Assembly: GCA_023129415.1 (NCBI GenBank) | Contig: JAGMCF010000151.1 | Location: 1,616-65,615 of the forward strand | DNA: 64,000 bases | Reading direction: 5' to 3' | Origin: Candidatus Cloacimonadota bacterium | Lineage (GTDB): Bacteria > Cloacimonadota > Cloacimonadia > JGIOTU-2 | Part shown: positions 1-11,105 of the stretch, one piece after another | Position numbering within the stretch: position 1 is the stretch's first letter | How the letters are laid out: each line of letters begins with the position of its first letter | Program-made: the position numbers and the translations under genes | Notes under the pieces: generated by a model | Told to the model about the DNA's origin: nothing | The model's database searches: none | What the model saw: the letters and a program-made list of their open reading frames with translations, nothing else

Positions 1-968
1 GATGAATATTTAAAACCCAGGTCTTCAATATTATTTCCAAGATTATAATTCCATTCTCCATAAGGAGAAACGAAACCAATTGGATTAATCCCATATTTTT
101 CTAAAATTTTCTGACCCTTTTCTAAATTTTTTCGATTATTATTATAATCTTTAAAAACACGATGTCTATAACAATGCAATCCAATCTCTTGATTCTTCAT
201 TTTAGTGAAATCAGAAATCCAATTTTCTGAAGACTTTGTATCAATAAACCAACTACAAGGAATTCTATTCTCTTCACATATTTTATATAATTCAATAACA
301 TCTTTTTGTTCACAAAAGTCTGTATCAACTCTAAATGCAAAAATATTGCTGTATCCTTTTGGGTAATACCATAGTTGGACAAATGGCAATTCTCGAAAAT
401 GATGCAAATATTCTAAAGATATTCTGACAATTCTTCTTATTTCACCTTTTGAAATTTTTGCAATTCTTTCAGAAGGTAACTCCTTTCTTTTGAAATAGAA
501 TTTTTTACGAGAATTTGAAATATCAAGAATGGCTTTATTAACATTAAAGGGCAGTATTAATACAATGCCTTTACCAATCCTCTTTATCTTAATTTTCAAT
601 CCACTATCTAAGCTGGTTATATCCTTATCTTTTGGAATCAATCCATTTTGATAAATATTAGCTAAACCAACTTCAGAATAAATTGAATTTTTTTCAGGAA
701 TTAAATACTTGATTCTAAACTTTTTCATATTAATATTTAACAACTCTGATGACATTTCTGAATCAACGAGAACTGCACCGCCAGATTTAACATAATCTAA
801 AATATTATTGCATTGCTTCAAACAATTAAAGCTACTAACAATCAGAGTAGAAAAATCTGAGTATTTAACGACATCAAAACAAGAGATAATTTCATATGAA
901 ACACCTTCCTGGTTAAGTATAATTTCCCAACCCGGTTTCCTGTCAGTAAGACCAATTTTCAAATTCAT
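1..968 (-). CDS. Polysaccharide deacetylase (NodB-type) family protein, 3' end beyond window
   Basis: Not in the ORF track because there is no stop codon inside the window. My own minus-strand translation from the ATG at 966-968 gives MNLKIGLTDRKPGWEIILNQ...NIFAFRVDTDFCEQ...EIGLHCYRHRVF...GFVSPYGEW. The D-x-D and H-x-x-x-H motifs fit NodB-type deacetylases. ATGA start/stop overlap with the upstream flippase gene. Confidence 0.65.
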   Translation of the reverse strand, partial: MNLKIGLTDRKPGWEIILNQEGVSYEIISCFDVVKYSDFSTLIVSSFNCLKQCNNILDYVKSGGAVLVDSEMSSELLNINMKKFRIKYLIPEKNSIYSEVGLANIYQNGLIPKDKDITSLDSGLKIKIKRIGKGIVLILPFNVNKAILDISNSRKKFYFKRKELPSERIAKISKGEIRRIVRISLEYLHHFRELPFVQLWYYPKGYSNIFAFRVDTDFCEQKDVIELYKICEENRIPCSWFIDTKSSENWISDFTKMKNQEIGLHCYRHRVFKDYNNNRKNLEKGQKILEKYGINPIGFVSPYGEWNYNLGNNIEDLGFKYS

Positions 969-2368
969 ACAATTTTGTTTATCAAAAATTTCAATTCTTC
1001 TCTTTTGATACCTATTAACTGAGAAATCGGAATCATACAAATCAATATTACTAAAATTTTAAAAATGATACTCAAATCTATAATAAATATTAATGGCAAA
1101 AATATTACAATTGAAATAATTAAAGGTAATCCTACAACTTTCCAAAACTTAATTTCTAAGAAATTTTTTAATTTATTATTCATTATTAAAAGAACAACAG
1201 CTTGATAGAGGCCAAGTCCAACTCCCATCCCAGCAGGTCCAAAAATTCTTAATAAAAACCAAGCTGAAGCAAAAAAGACAATAGAACCAATAAAGAGAGA
1301 AAAAGTATAGACTTTTTCTTGTTTAAGTGCTATTAATGTAAATGTGAATACGGAACTAATCAAAGTGATCATAAAATAACTCATAACAGTATGAAAAACT
1401 GGTATTGAATATAAATATTCTTCTCCAAAGACAAATAATACTAAATATTTACCAAATAATATTCCTGAAAATCCAAATAAAATTACAATAATAACAATCC
1501 ATTTTAAAGTTTGATTAAAAACATTATTCAGTCTTTCTGGAGTTTTTGTTGCGCATTTACTAATTGCCGGAAAGAATGAAAAAGAGAAAACTCTATCTAA
1601 TATTAAAAACAGAAATACTATTTTAGCAGCAGCACTATAAAAACCAGCTTCTTTGGGAGACATTACAAAACCAAGAAAAATTGGTGGAAGATACAAAGTA
1701 ATCTGGCCTATCAAATTTGCTACTCCCAAAGGAAAGGCTTCTAAAAATAATGATTTTATTCTATAAAATGAAAATCTAATCTTTATTCTATTACCTCTAA
1801 ATACATATATCAAAATAAAAAATAAAGATGTTACTAAACCACAAACAAACCAGCAATATGGGACATAGATAATATCTTTATTAGTCTTGACGAAAGTTAA
1901 AATTAAAATAAGATAAAATATCAAACCAACCGCTCTTCCAGAAACAATCAAGCCCATCTGCTCCTTAGCTTGAAAATACCAGACCAATAAAAATGCTGTT
2001 GGAAATAAGTAAAGTGAATAGACTAAAATTATACTCCTCAGCTGTGAAGATTTTATAAAAAAACTTATTAGAAATATTAAGATAACCACAAAAATTGAGA
2101 AAACGAATCTGGTAGAAATAAAATTTCCAACAATTTCGTTATCATCTTTACATTTAATAATTTTTCTTACACCTAATGTTGGGAGTCCATTGCTACTTAT
2201 AGTTAAAAAATAACTTAGAAATGCTAAACCAATACTTATCAAACCAAAATTTGAAGCACCCAAAATCCTTGCTAAATATGCAACAGCAATAAAACCAATT
2301 AAGCGGTTAAATATGTCGCCTAAAAATAGTGCTGCAACATTTTTTGCTGTTCTCTTTATCTTAGGCAC
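965..2368 (-). CDS. Wzx-like oligosaccharide flippase (MOP superfamily)
   Basis: 467 aa, many hydrophobic helices. N-terminus KNVAALFLGDIFNRLIGFIAVAYLARILG is typical of polysaccharide flippases. Glycan-locus context. Confidence 0.8.
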   Translation of the reverse strand: MPKIKRTAKNVAALFLGDIFNRLIGFIAVAYLARILGASNFGLISIGLAFLSYFLTISSNGLPTLGVRKIIKCKDDNEIVGNFISTRFVFSIFVVILIFLISFFIKSSQLRSIILVYSLYLFPTAFLLVWYFQAKEQMGLIVSGRAVGLIFYLILILTFVKTNKDIIYVPYCWFVCGLVTSLFFILIYVFRGNRIKIRFSFYRIKSLFLEAFPLGVANLIGQITLYLPPIFLGFVMSPKEAGFYSAAAKIVFLFLILDRVFSFSFFPAISKCATKTPERLNNVFNQTLKWIVIIVILFGFSGILFGKYLVLFVFGEEYLYSIPVFHTVMSYFMITLISSVFTFTLIALKQEKVYTFSLFIGSIVFFASAWFLLRIFGPAGMGVGLGLYQAVVLLIMNNKLKNFLEIKFWKVVGLPLIISIVIFLPLIFIIDLSIIFKILVILICMIPISQLIGIKREELKFLINKIV

Positions 2369-2494
2369 TTTTCTATTTCACTTTGTATCTTCACAATAAA
2401 ATTTGCAGTTTATAATTTACAATCAGATACCTGCTCTTGAAAGAAACTAATTGATGAGACTCTAAGGGAATGGGAAGAATTATTTAAAAAAGCT

Positions 2495-3535
2495 TTATAA
2501 TTTATTCAATACTTCTTTATATATTTCTACAGTTTTTTGTGCAATTACACTCCATAAAAAATTTTTCTTAATATATTCTTTAAGTCGTTCATTAGGTTTT
2601 TTATTCAACGAATTAAGGATTGTCTCCCTAATAGAATCAATGGAGTATATATCAACATAATCCACCATATCTTTGAAATATTCTTTCGTGCCACCATAAG
2701 GGGTAATAACAATATTTGCACCAGCAAGTCCTGCTTCCATAGCCGCTATTCCGGGGGTTTCAAACATTGATGGCAAAACAAATGTTTTGCAAGATGCATA
2801 AGCAGAGGCCAAAAGTGGATCATCGTGGGCTATTTCATTAACTATCAAGAGATTTTTATTTTTTCGGGCTTTTCTAATACATTCATTGGTTAATTCATTT
2901 TTGAAAAAATCAGTTATAATTACTGCTGGATGATCAATCTTCTGTAATGCCTTAATTAAAGAAAAAGTATTTTTCCTTTCAGAACCAATATGTCCGACAT
3001 TAAGAATGAAATCTTTCATCCCATATTTTTTCTCAAAAAGAGAGGGGTCTCCATGCAAAAACCTCTCCTCCACTCCGTTATACATTAGTCTTATTTTATT
3101 TCTGGCAACCCCCAATCCTTTTATTAGCAGATTTGCTTCAGCCATTGTATTAGGCAAAATCAATTCAGCATTATTGCAGACCATTTTTACCATAGAAAAC
3201 TCTGAATAAATTCCTTTAAGAATTTTTCTGGAGATGCTTTCCAAAATTCGGTATGATTTTATAAGAAAGGGGGAATGCCTGCTAAAAAAAATTGGTGAGA
3301 CAACATATTTGATTCCAGTTTTTACCAAACTCTTAGCAAATGCATAGTTCCTTACATCTGCTACAAAAATATGAAAAATATCATCTTTACCAAATTCAAA
3401 ATTTCCCTTCCACAGGTTAAAAAAGGGAGCTTCTAAACCCAATTTCTTAAATTCTTTTTTCAATTCAATTAGAACATAGGTAGGACCTCCACGAGTAAGC
3501 ATTATGGATTGATAAGTTGCTAAAAATACTCGCAT
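2495..3535 (-). CDS. Glycosyltransferase, GT4/GT1-like
   Basis: 346 aa. The C-terminal FVLPSMFETPGIAAMEAGLAG matches the E-x7-E region of retaining GT4 enzymes. Confidence 0.8.
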   Translation of the reverse strand: MRVFLATYQSIMLTRGGPTYVLIELKKEFKKLGLEAPFFNLWKGNFEFGKDDIFHIFVADVRNYAFAKSLVKTGIKYVVSPIFFSRHSPFLIKSYRILESISRKILKGIYSEFSMVKMVCNNAELILPNTMAEANLLIKGLGVARNKIRLMYNGVEERFLHGDPSLFEKKYGMKDFILNVGHIGSERKNTFSLIKALQKIDHPAVIITDFFKNELTNECIRKARKNKNLLIVNEIAHDDPLLASAYASCKTFVLPSMFETPGIAAMEAGLAGANIVITPYGGTKEYFKDMVDYVDIYSIDSIRETILNSLNKKPNERLKEYIKKNFLWSVIAQKTVEIYKEVLNKL

Positions 3536-3636
3536 AGTTTTGATTTCCTCTTTTCAATAATATCTCAAATCTAATAATTTTTTACTTTTGCCCTTCGCCC
3601 ATAAGTTTGCGAAGAAACTGTTCATCCCGCATAATA

Positions 3637-4383
3637 CTATTTTTTTATTACTATAATCTGCGATAATTTAAAAGAAGGGATAAAAGCAGTAATTAACTTA
3701 AATATCTTTATCTTAAACGAAATTGTTTCCTCTATAAAATTTTTATATTCGTGTTTTACTAATTTTAACTCACATTTATTTACCATTTCAATTAGTTCTT
3801 TTTTTGTGTATTCTCTAAAATGTCCCGGGTTTTTATTATAGAATCGTATTTTTTCGTAAGGATTTTCCCCAAATAGTAATTTAAATCTTTTATAAAGCGA
3901 TGCAGCATTAGGAGTAGAACAAATAATAAATCCTCCGGGATTAAGTAAATGCTTAAGAAACAGTAGTGAATATTCTGGTGCCTCAAACAAATGTTCAATT
4001 ACTTCAGAATAAACTATTATATCAAACTTTTCTTGAGGCCATAGATTAACTTTTTTACATTCATTTAAATCAAATACAATATGTTCTATGTTTGAACTTT
4101 CTATTTCTCTGTGTCCTCCGATATCCTCTTCAAGATCAAATCCTAATGTAACTACCTTATTATAATAGTTTGAAAACAGAACAGACAATTGACTTCTTCC
4201 TATATCTATAATTTTAGCTGATTTATTTAAATTTATACTTAAACATAGATTAAACAAGTAATTAAAGTGATATTTATGCTCAGACATATAGTGTTGTTGT
4301 GATTCTTTACCACAAGAAATCTTTTTTTCATCTTCCACCCATTTATCTATTAAATTATAATAATGCTTCTTTGCCCTATTCAT
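3637..4383 (-). CDS. Class I SAM-dependent methyltransferase
   Basis: 248 aa. IIDIGRSQ (motif I-like) and DIIVYSEVIEHLFEAPEYSLLFLKHLLNPGGFIICSTPN are typical of Methyltransf_11/23. Confidence 0.75.
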   Translation of the reverse strand: MNRAKKHYYNLIDKWVEDEKKISCGKESQQHYMSEHKYHFNYLFNLCLSINLNKSAKIIDIGRSQLSVLFSNYYNKVVTLGFDLEEDIGGHREIESSNIEHIVFDLNECKKVNLWPQEKFDIIVYSEVIEHLFEAPEYSLLFLKHLLNPGGFIICSTPNAASLYKRFKLLFGENPYEKIRFYNKNPGHFREYTKKELIEMVNKCELKLVKHEYKNFIEETISFKIKIFKLITAFIPSFKLSQIIVIKK

Positions 4384-4414
4384 AATATTGATTTCTTTCT
4401 GTATAAAATTTAAC

Positions 4415-5554
4415 TTAATTTGTCATCTCATTATACAGTTTGATATATTCTGCAACTGTATTTTGCCACTTATTTTTATCCAAGTATCGTTTGAAATACG
4501 AATTTTGAATTTCTTCATTTTCTATTAAATTCCTAATCTTAATAATTCCATTCGCCAAATCCGTATATTCTGGTTTCACAATCACGGAAAAATCAGTTGA
4601 AACTTGCTCCGGCAAGCCGCCCACATTAGTAACGACCAAAGGCTTATGAAAAGATATAAAAATATAAGGAACTCCACTTTGAGTTGCCCTTTTATAGGGC
4701 AAAATCCCAATATCCGTATTTATTATATACTTGAACAACTCATCGTAAGTGAGAAATCTGTTTTCAAATATTACTTTTTTATCCAGGTTTTTGTTCTCTA
4801 TTATTTTATTAATCTTATTCGCATACGCAGAACTCCCAAAGCCTACTATATGCAGTTGAATATCGTTCATATCTTTTTCTTTTATTAGAAAATTTACCGA
4901 AGCCAGCAGAAGTTCTATCCCTTTATGAGGCCTGATACTACCAATAAATAAAATCTTAAAATCTGAGGTATTATTCTTTCTCCTTATCTTTTTAGAGTAA
5001 TATTCAATCTCCTTTTGATAACAATTTCCATGTTCTATCACGACTATTTTGTCTGCAAAGCAGTCATTAAATTGTCTTTTTACATATGATGATAAACAGA
5101 TGATTTTATCAACGGTCTTCAAAATACTTTCTTCAAAAAATCTTATATTCTTCCTATGGTGCTGTAAATAATCATGCTGGGTAAGCACAATCTTTATCCT
5201 AAACAATTTATAAATTTTAATAAAAAAAAACTCTACAGGCGGAATAGAAAGCCAATTATAATGAATAATATCCGGCTTCTCCTCTAGAATTTTTAATAAT
5301 AGAAGAAAATTGCTTACAGGATAGGTTATAAGTTTTAGCATCCGCCTTATTGTCTTATTATCTATCCTGTTGGTGTATCTAAAAAATAAATACTGTGGAT
5401 GAATGGCATAGCTATTATGATAATAATTAGTAGTTATTAAATTTACAGCCGAGACATATCTTATATCTATTTTGTTAACCTCTTGAATAGATTTTATAAG
5501 TGGATAATTTAATTGTGGAGTAGTATTATTAGGGTCAATGTATATAATTTTCAT
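4415..5554 (-). CDS. Glycosyltransferase, GT4-like
   Basis: 379 aa. FIGSIRPHKGIELLL, and PYKRATQSGVPYIFISFHKPLVVTNVGGLPE, are GT4 C-terminal domain signatures. Confidence 0.8.
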   Translation of the reverse strand: MKIIYIDPNNTTPQLNYPLIKSIQEVNKIDIRYVSAVNLITTNYYHNSYAIHPQYLFFRYTNRIDNKTIRRMLKLITYPVSNFLLLLKILEEKPDIIHYNWLSIPPVEFFFIKIYKLFRIKIVLTQHDYLQHHRKNIRFFEESILKTVDKIICLSSYVKRQFNDCFADKIVVIEHGNCYQKEIEYYSKKIRRKNNTSDFKILFIGSIRPHKGIELLLASVNFLIKEKDMNDIQLHIVGFGSSAYANKINKIIENKNLDKKVIFENRFLTYDELFKYIINTDIGILPYKRATQSGVPYIFISFHKPLVVTNVGGLPEQVSTDFSVIVKPEYTDLANGIIKIRNLIENEEIQNSYFKRYLDKNKWQNTVAEYIKLYNEMTN

Positions 5555-5556
5555 TG

Positions 5557-7452
5557 TTAATTTTGCAGAACAGCTTCCATTCTCTCTGCCACAGTTTGTA
5601 CATCCAACCCTTGCATCCCATAAACCTCTTTATTTATCCCAGAAGCTCCATAATTAGTAACGCCAAACTTTGCCAATTTACAGATGATTTCGTAATCCAC
5701 CATTTTAGTTGCAATAATGCTTCCCAAACCTGTATTTACATTATGGTCTTCATAAATAAATATAAAACCTGTTGAAGCGGCAGCTGTTAAATCATTCTCG
5801 CTTATTTCTGAAATACATGAAAAATTCCAAACTGAGACATTAATTCCATCATTCTTTAGAATCTCATATACTTTTAAAGCTTTTTCAACCATTACACCAG
5901 TAGCAATTATAGTTGCATCATTTCCTAATCGAAGTTTATTGGCTTTACCATATTGAAATTGATAATTTTCATTGTAAAAAACTTCATTATTTTCATCTAA
6001 AATAATTTCAGTTTTAGAACGTCCAAGTGGTATGAAAAAGTTACCATTTTCAGAAGCAATATATCTTATCACCTTATCTGTCTGGTTAGCATCAGCAGGA
6101 ATTATTATTTTATAACCAAAGAGGTTTCGCATTACTCCAATATAATCAATACATTGATGAGTTTTACCGTCTTCCCCGACATCCAGACCTACATGAGTTG
6201 TTACAAGCTTCAAATTAGTATTATTAATATCATTTAATCTTTGTTGGTTATAGGTTTCATCAACGCCAAAAACTCCGAAATCAGAAAAGAAGGTAATAAT
6301 GCCATCTTTAGACATTGCTCCAGCAATAACAGCTGTATTATGCTCTTGAATTCCGCCTTGATAAAATTTTTCAGGATTCTCTTTTGCGAAACTATCTGTG
6401 CGAACTGAGCCAGCCAAATCACAATCAAAAACAGCAAACTCAACTTTATCTTTATTCATACGAGCAAGGTCTGCCAAAGCATTTCCAAAAGCATCGCGAT
6501 TGGCAATCTTTGTGCCTTTTTCATATTTGTGAAAACCTCCTAAGTTTATACGCAATTTTCTATTCTTTTTAGTTTTCAATTTAGATGGCGTAAATTTTTC
6601 TCGCACTTCTCTATATTTTTCTAAATCATTTACAAAACCTAATTCTTCTAATGCTTGTTCGCACTGAGGTTCTGTAAGCGGTTTGCCGTGGAACTGCTCA
6701 TCATTCTCCATAAAGGAGATGCCTTTGCCCATTGTTGTACTTGCCAGAATCGCTGTTGGAACATCCTTATTAGATGTTGCCTTTTCCAATGCAGAAAAAA
6801 CTTGATTAAAATTATGACCATTAATTTCAAGCACTTCCCACCCATCGGAAATATAATTTTCTTTGATATTTTGTGGCATTACATCAATGATTTTTCCGCT
6901 AATTTGCAATTTATTATAATCAATTAACACAGTAATATTATTTAGTCCATATTTTTTTGCAAATCTTCTCGCTTCTGAAATCTGTCCTTTTTGCTGCTCT
7001 CCATCGCCCATAACTACATAAACATTGTATTTCAAACCTTTTTGTTTCCCTGCCAAAGCAAATCCACATCCAGCAGAAAGTCCCTGCCCTAAATTACCAG
7101 TTGCCCATTCAATTCCAGGAACAGATGGTTCTACATGTCCTTCAAATATGCTTCCAGCTTTTCTGAAATAAGCGATAGCTTCATCAATATCAAAAAAACC
7201 AAATCTTCCAAGTACTGAATAAATACCAGGTGCAGTATGACCATGACTGATAACAATTCTATCTCGATTTATATATTTGAAATTTTGTTTGGAAATATTT
7301 GCATAATGATACAAAGCTAAATATAAATCTAATGAGGACATTGAACCACCAGGGTGACCACTTTTTGCCAAAGTAGTCATTTTGAGTATATCCCCTTTAC
7401 AAATTCTACTTAATTCCTGCAAATTTCCAAAATTAGCTATACTTCTATTCAT
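5557..7452 (-). CDS. tkt: Transketolase
   Basis: SGHPGGSMSSLDLYLAL, GHTAPGIYSVLG, GNLGQGLSAGCGFALA and VVMGDGEQQKGQ are ThDP-binding motifs. The track start at 7470 is a TTG. The ATG at 7452 lies 1 nt after the rph stop and is preferred. Confidence 0.9.
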   Translation of the reverse strand: MNRSIANFGNLQELSRICKGDILKMTTLAKSGHPGGSMSSLDLYLALYHYANISKQNFKYINRDRIVISHGHTAPGIYSVLGRFGFFDIDEAIAYFRKAGSIFEGHVEPSVPGIEWATGNLGQGLSAGCGFALAGKQKGLKYNVYVVMGDGEQQKGQISEARRFAKKYGLNNITVLIDYNKLQISGKIIDVMPQNIKENYISDGWEVLEINGHNFNQVFSALEKATSNKDVPTAILASTTMGKGISFMENDEQFHGKPLTEPQCEQALEELGFVNDLEKYREVREKFTPSKLKTKKNRKLRINLGGFHKYEKGTKIANRDAFGNALADLARMNKDKVEFAVFDCDLAGSVRTDSFAKENPEKFYQGGIQEHNTAVIAGAMSKDGIITFFSDFGVFGVDETYNQQRLNDINNTNLKLVTTHVGLDVGEDGKTHQCIDYIGVMRNLFGYKIIIPADANQTDKVIRYIASENGNFFIPLGRSKTEIILDENNEVFYNENYQFQYGKANKLRLGNDATIIATGVMVEKALKVYEILKNDGINVSVWNFSCISEISENDLTAAASTGFIFIYEDHNVNTGLGSIIATKMVDYEIICKLAKFGVTNYGASGINKEVYGMQGLDVQTVAERMEAVLQN

Positions 7453-7453
7453 A

Positions 7454-8194
7454 TTAGAATAATTCTTCAAAAACTAATTGTTTAAGTATACCAATTATAT
7501 GTTTAATTCCATCATCAGCATGCTTAAGCATTTCCATTAATTGTTTATCTGAAAAAGCTTTATGCTCGCTTGCTCCTTGAATTTCAATATAATTACCATC
7601 TTCATCCTTTACAATATTCATATCCACTTCAGCAATTAGATCCTCATTAAAATTTAAATCAAGAAGAGCATTACCGTCAACAATACCAACACTAACTGCA
7701 CCTAAAAACTTATTTAAAGGAAATTCTTGAATTTTTTTTTCTTTTTTCATTTTTGTAAAAGCATCATAAAGAGCAATAAAACATCCATTAATTGCAGCAG
7801 TTCTTGTTCCGCCATCTGCTTGTATCACATCACAATCTAAATATATAGTTCTGTCAGGAAACAAAGTAAGATCAGTAATAGCTCTTAATGATCGACCAAT
7901 TAATCTTTGAATTTCCTGACTTCTTCCTTTTATTATTCCCTGATATCTATCACGAATTATCCTTTTTCTCGCACTTCTCGGGAGCATATCATATTCAGCA
8001 GTAATCCATCCCTGATTCTTGCCTTCTTCTCGTAAAAAAAATGGAAGTCTATACTCAACTGAAGCTGTACAAATGACTTTTGTGCTGCCCATTTCAACAA
8101 GTACTGAACCTTCGGGATCGTGCAAATAATTCCTTGTTATTTTGATATTACGAAGTTCGTTTGGTTTCCTGCCATCACTTCTCTGGTAAATCAT
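7454..8194 (-). CDS. rph: Ribonuclease PH
   Basis: RSDGRKPNELRNIKITRNYLHDPEGSVLVEMGSTKVICTASVE and ADGGTRTAAINGCFIAL are canonical RNase PH sequence. Confidence 0.95.
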   Translation of the reverse strand: MIYQRSDGRKPNELRNIKITRNYLHDPEGSVLVEMGSTKVICTASVEYRLPFFLREEGKNQGWITAEYDMLPRSARKRIIRDRYQGIIKGRSQEIQRLIGRSLRAITDLTLFPDRTIYLDCDVIQADGGTRTAAINGCFIALYDAFTKMKKEKKIQEFPLNKFLGAVSVGIVDGNALLDLNFNEDLIAEVDMNIVKDEDGNYIEIQGASEHKAFSDKQLMEMLKHADDGIKHIIGILKQLVFEELF

Positions 8195-9197
8195 TATCTT
8201 TTTCCTTATCTTTATCGTTAGATTCTTTGAAATTAATTATTTCTTTTATTAACTTTAATAAATTTGCTTTATTAATATTTGTCTCTGAGAATTTTAGGTC
8301 TTTCACTTTTTTAGACAGATTGTCATTTATATTTTTTTCAATGGTTAATCTAAAAGTAATTTTATCTTGATTCTCTTTTTCATTTACTTTCATTGGTTTA
8401 AACCCTGAGTAATATGAAACTATCTCCATACCAAAAAGGATAGCCAACCAGTTAAAATACAGCCAGATCATAAAAATTGGGAAAGAACCAAGAGCACCGT
8501 AAACAGAACGAGTATTGGTTAAATTAGCTATATACCAATCAAAACCAAACTTAAGAATAATCCAGATTATACTTGTAAATGCTGCACCAATTAGTGCATG
8601 TATTGCCTTGGGATGAATAAAAGTAACAAATTTATATATTACAAAAAGGAGTAAATAAATGCCAAAATATGGTGTAATTTTAATAAATACTGCTAAATTA
8701 GTTACTTTACTAATCACTGGAACAGATGTTGTAAAAAGAAGTGCAGCAACAACTACTAATCCCCCAATAATTGCAGTTATGAACCTTTCAAATTCTCTTA
8801 ATAATGAAGCATTTTTCCTATGATAAACCTTAAGTATCTTTTCAAATGTATTTGAAATAGATTTGAATAGGAAAAAAGAGGTAACTAAAAGTAAGATAAA
8901 ACCAATAACATCAAGACCAAATCTTCTTTCTAAAAGTTGATTGAATACTGTTCTCATTGTCTCAGCAGAGGTTGGCATAAAAGTTTTAAAAATAAATCCA
9001 ATGATTGCTTCACGAATTTTTACTACTGTAATATCAGGTGTAAAAAGGAAAACTACCATCACAAATGGAATGAATCCAAGAAAGGTAATATATGCTAAAG
9101 ATGAAGCTCTAAGATAACACTGGTCAGCAACAAATCTGGAATAAATCTGTTTTAAACCTTTGCGGAACTTTTTAAAAAGGCTTTTCAATTTATTCAT
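8175..9197 (-). CDS. YihY/BrkB family membrane protein with Lys/Asp-rich C-terminal tail
   Basis: CYLRASSLAYITFLGFIPFVMV and multiple transmembrane segments. Overlaps the rph start by 20 nt. Confidence 0.8.
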   Translation of the reverse strand: MNKLKSLFKKFRKGLKQIYSRFVADQCYLRASSLAYITFLGFIPFVMVVFLFTPDITVVKIREAIIGFIFKTFMPTSAETMRTVFNQLLERRFGLDVIGFILLLVTSFFLFKSISNTFEKILKVYHRKNASLLREFERFITAIIGGLVVVAALLFTTSVPVISKVTNLAVFIKITPYFGIYLLLFVIYKFVTFIHPKAIHALIGAAFTSIIWIILKFGFDWYIANLTNTRSVYGALGSFPIFMIWLYFNWLAILFGMEIVSYYSGFKPMKVNEKENQDKITFRLTIEKNINDNLSKKVKDLKFSETNINKANLLKLIKEIINFKESNDKDKEKDNDLPEK

Positions 9198-10413
9198 ATC
9201 GTAAAATCTTTATCGGGTCAGAACGACTTGCATTAATTGCAGGAAAAATGCCAGCAAATAATCCAACTCCAAATGCCAAAATTATTGCTATCAAAATCAT
9301 TTGAAAATTTGCTGCTATAGGTGATTGCAAAAATTTTCCTAAAATAGTCAAAAGTGAGAGACCAAAAAGAATTCCAATTGCTCCTCCTATAAAACTTACC
9401 AGTAGTGCCTGCACTAAAAATTGAATCAGGATATCCTTTCTTTTCGCTCCGACTGCCATTCTTACCCCGATCTCTCGCAATCGCTCTTTTACTGAAGCCA
9501 GCATAACATTTGTGATTACAATTCCGCCTACAATCAATGAAATCCCGCCTATCAACAGAAAAATTATTTGTGATTTACTTGATCGTTTTTCAATATCTGC
9601 AAGACGGTCACTATTAGCTCTTACCTCAAATATTTCCTTTCCGTCCCGAAGAGCTAACAAGAATTTTGATAACCTTTCTTGAGTAGGTTTTACAACTTCT
9701 GCTGAGGTTACTTGAAAATCTATAGAACTTAATGGTTCCTCACCATATAACTTCTTAACAATTGTAGTAAGAGGAATAAAAGCCCGACGATTCATCCACT
9801 CTAATGCATTATGACTCCATCCACTTACAAACATCTCCTTATTTTCCATTATACCAATAACAGTAAAATTTGTACTACCAATAGTGACATTCCTGCCCAA
9901 TGCAGGTTCTGTCAAGAATAATTCGCTCTTTGTTTTTGTGCCCAATACAACAACCTTGCTTGCTTCCTGAATATCAAATTCTGAAATGAATCTTCCCTTA
10001 TCAACAAAAAAATTTTCTGCGTTTTGATATTCCGGATATATTCCGCTTAATTGGCAGTTATATACATTTTCTTTATATTTTAGTCCCATCCATTTTGAAA
10101 TTCTCGGGCTGAAATATTGTAAATCAGGAAAATATCGCCTAATTAATCTCATATCTTTTAGTGTTAATCTTTTTTGTGCAACTTCTTCTCGTGTTTCTAA
10201 ATCAAAGCTCCGTTTTGGATGGATAGATAATTTAAGGACCCCACCTCTTTCTTCTAACCATTTTAAGGATTGTTCTCTTCCTCCATTAACAATTGCTAAA
10301 ACAGCAATGATCGACATTGTGCCCAAAATGATTCCAAGCATTGTAATCAATGTTCTGCCAATATTATGTAGCATATCAACGATACCCAATCTGACATTAT
10401 AAAAGATACTCAT
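9190..10413 (-). CDS. ABC transporter permease, MacB/FtsX type
   Basis: N-terminal transmembrane segment, large periplasmic domain, and a C-terminal FtsX-like region (VKERLREIGVRMAVGAKRKDILIQFL). Confidence 0.85.
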   Translation of the reverse strand: MSIFYNVRLGIVDMLHNIGRTLITMLGIILGTMSIIAVLAIVNGGREQSLKWLEERGGVLKLSIHPKRSFDLETREEVAQKRLTLKDMRLIRRYFPDLQYFSPRISKWMGLKYKENVYNCQLSGIYPEYQNAENFFVDKGRFISEFDIQEASKVVVLGTKTKSELFLTEPALGRNVTIGSTNFTVIGIMENKEMFVSGWSHNALEWMNRRAFIPLTTIVKKLYGEEPLSSIDFQVTSAEVVKPTQERLSKFLLALRDGKEIFEVRANSDRLADIEKRSSKSQIIFLLIGGISLIVGGIVITNVMLASVKERLREIGVRMAVGAKRKDILIQFLVQALLVSFIGGAIGILFGLSLLTILGKFLQSPIAANFQMILIAIILAFGVGLFAGIFPAINASRSDPIKILRYE

Positions 10414-11078
10414 TATTCGACAACCTTACCATCACTTAATTCAATCACATTATTAGCCATTTTAGCGACATTGTTGTCATGGGTCACAACTATAATCGTA
10501 TGTCCATTTTCATAAAGGTAATTAAAAATTTTCATTATACTATTACCAGAAGCGCTATCTAAATTCCCGGTTGGTTCATCTGCTAAAATAATCGATGGAT
10601 TATTCACTAATGCTCTTGCTATCGCTGTTCTTTGTCGTTCTCCCCCAGACAATTCTGATGGTTTGTGTTTAAGTCGTTCAATTAAACCTACTTCATCGAG
10701 TACTTTTTCAGCTCTCTTTTTTCTCATTTTTTTGCTCATCCCAGCATAAAGTAAAGGCAGACTAACATTTTCTAAAACATTCATATTCGGTAATAGATTG
10801 AATGTCTGGAACACAAAGCCAATCTTTTTATTTCGAATTTCAGCTAATTTATTATGACTTAATCCACTTACTTCTTCATCTCCTAAAAAATACTTCCCTT
10901 TAGTTGGAGTATCTAAACAACCAAAGATATGCAAAAGTGTAGATTTCCCTGAACCTGAAGGACCGATAATTGCTGTATAGCTATTCTTCTCAATCTCGAT
11001 AGATACACCATCCAGAGCACTAACTTTCACTTTGCCCATATTATAGATTTTGTCTAGACTTTCTACTCTTATTAACAT
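10413..11078 (-). CDS. ABC transporter ATP-binding protein (MacB/LolD-like)
   Basis: Walker A GPSGSGKST, signature LSGGERQR, Walker B ILADEPTGNLD. Confidence 0.9.
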   Translation of the reverse strand: MLIRVESLDKIYNMGKVKVSALDGVSIEIEKNSYTAIIGPSGSGKSTLLHIFGCLDTPTKGKYFLGDEEVSGLSHNKLAEIRNKKIGFVFQTFNLLPNMNVLENVSLPLLYAGMSKKMRKKRAEKVLDEVGLIERLKHKPSELSGGERQRTAIARALVNNPSIILADEPTGNLDSASGNSIMKIFNYLYENGHTIIVVTHDNNVAKMANNVIELSDGKVVE

Positions 11079-11105
11079 AATGTAAAATCTACCTTTCCTT
11101 TCAGG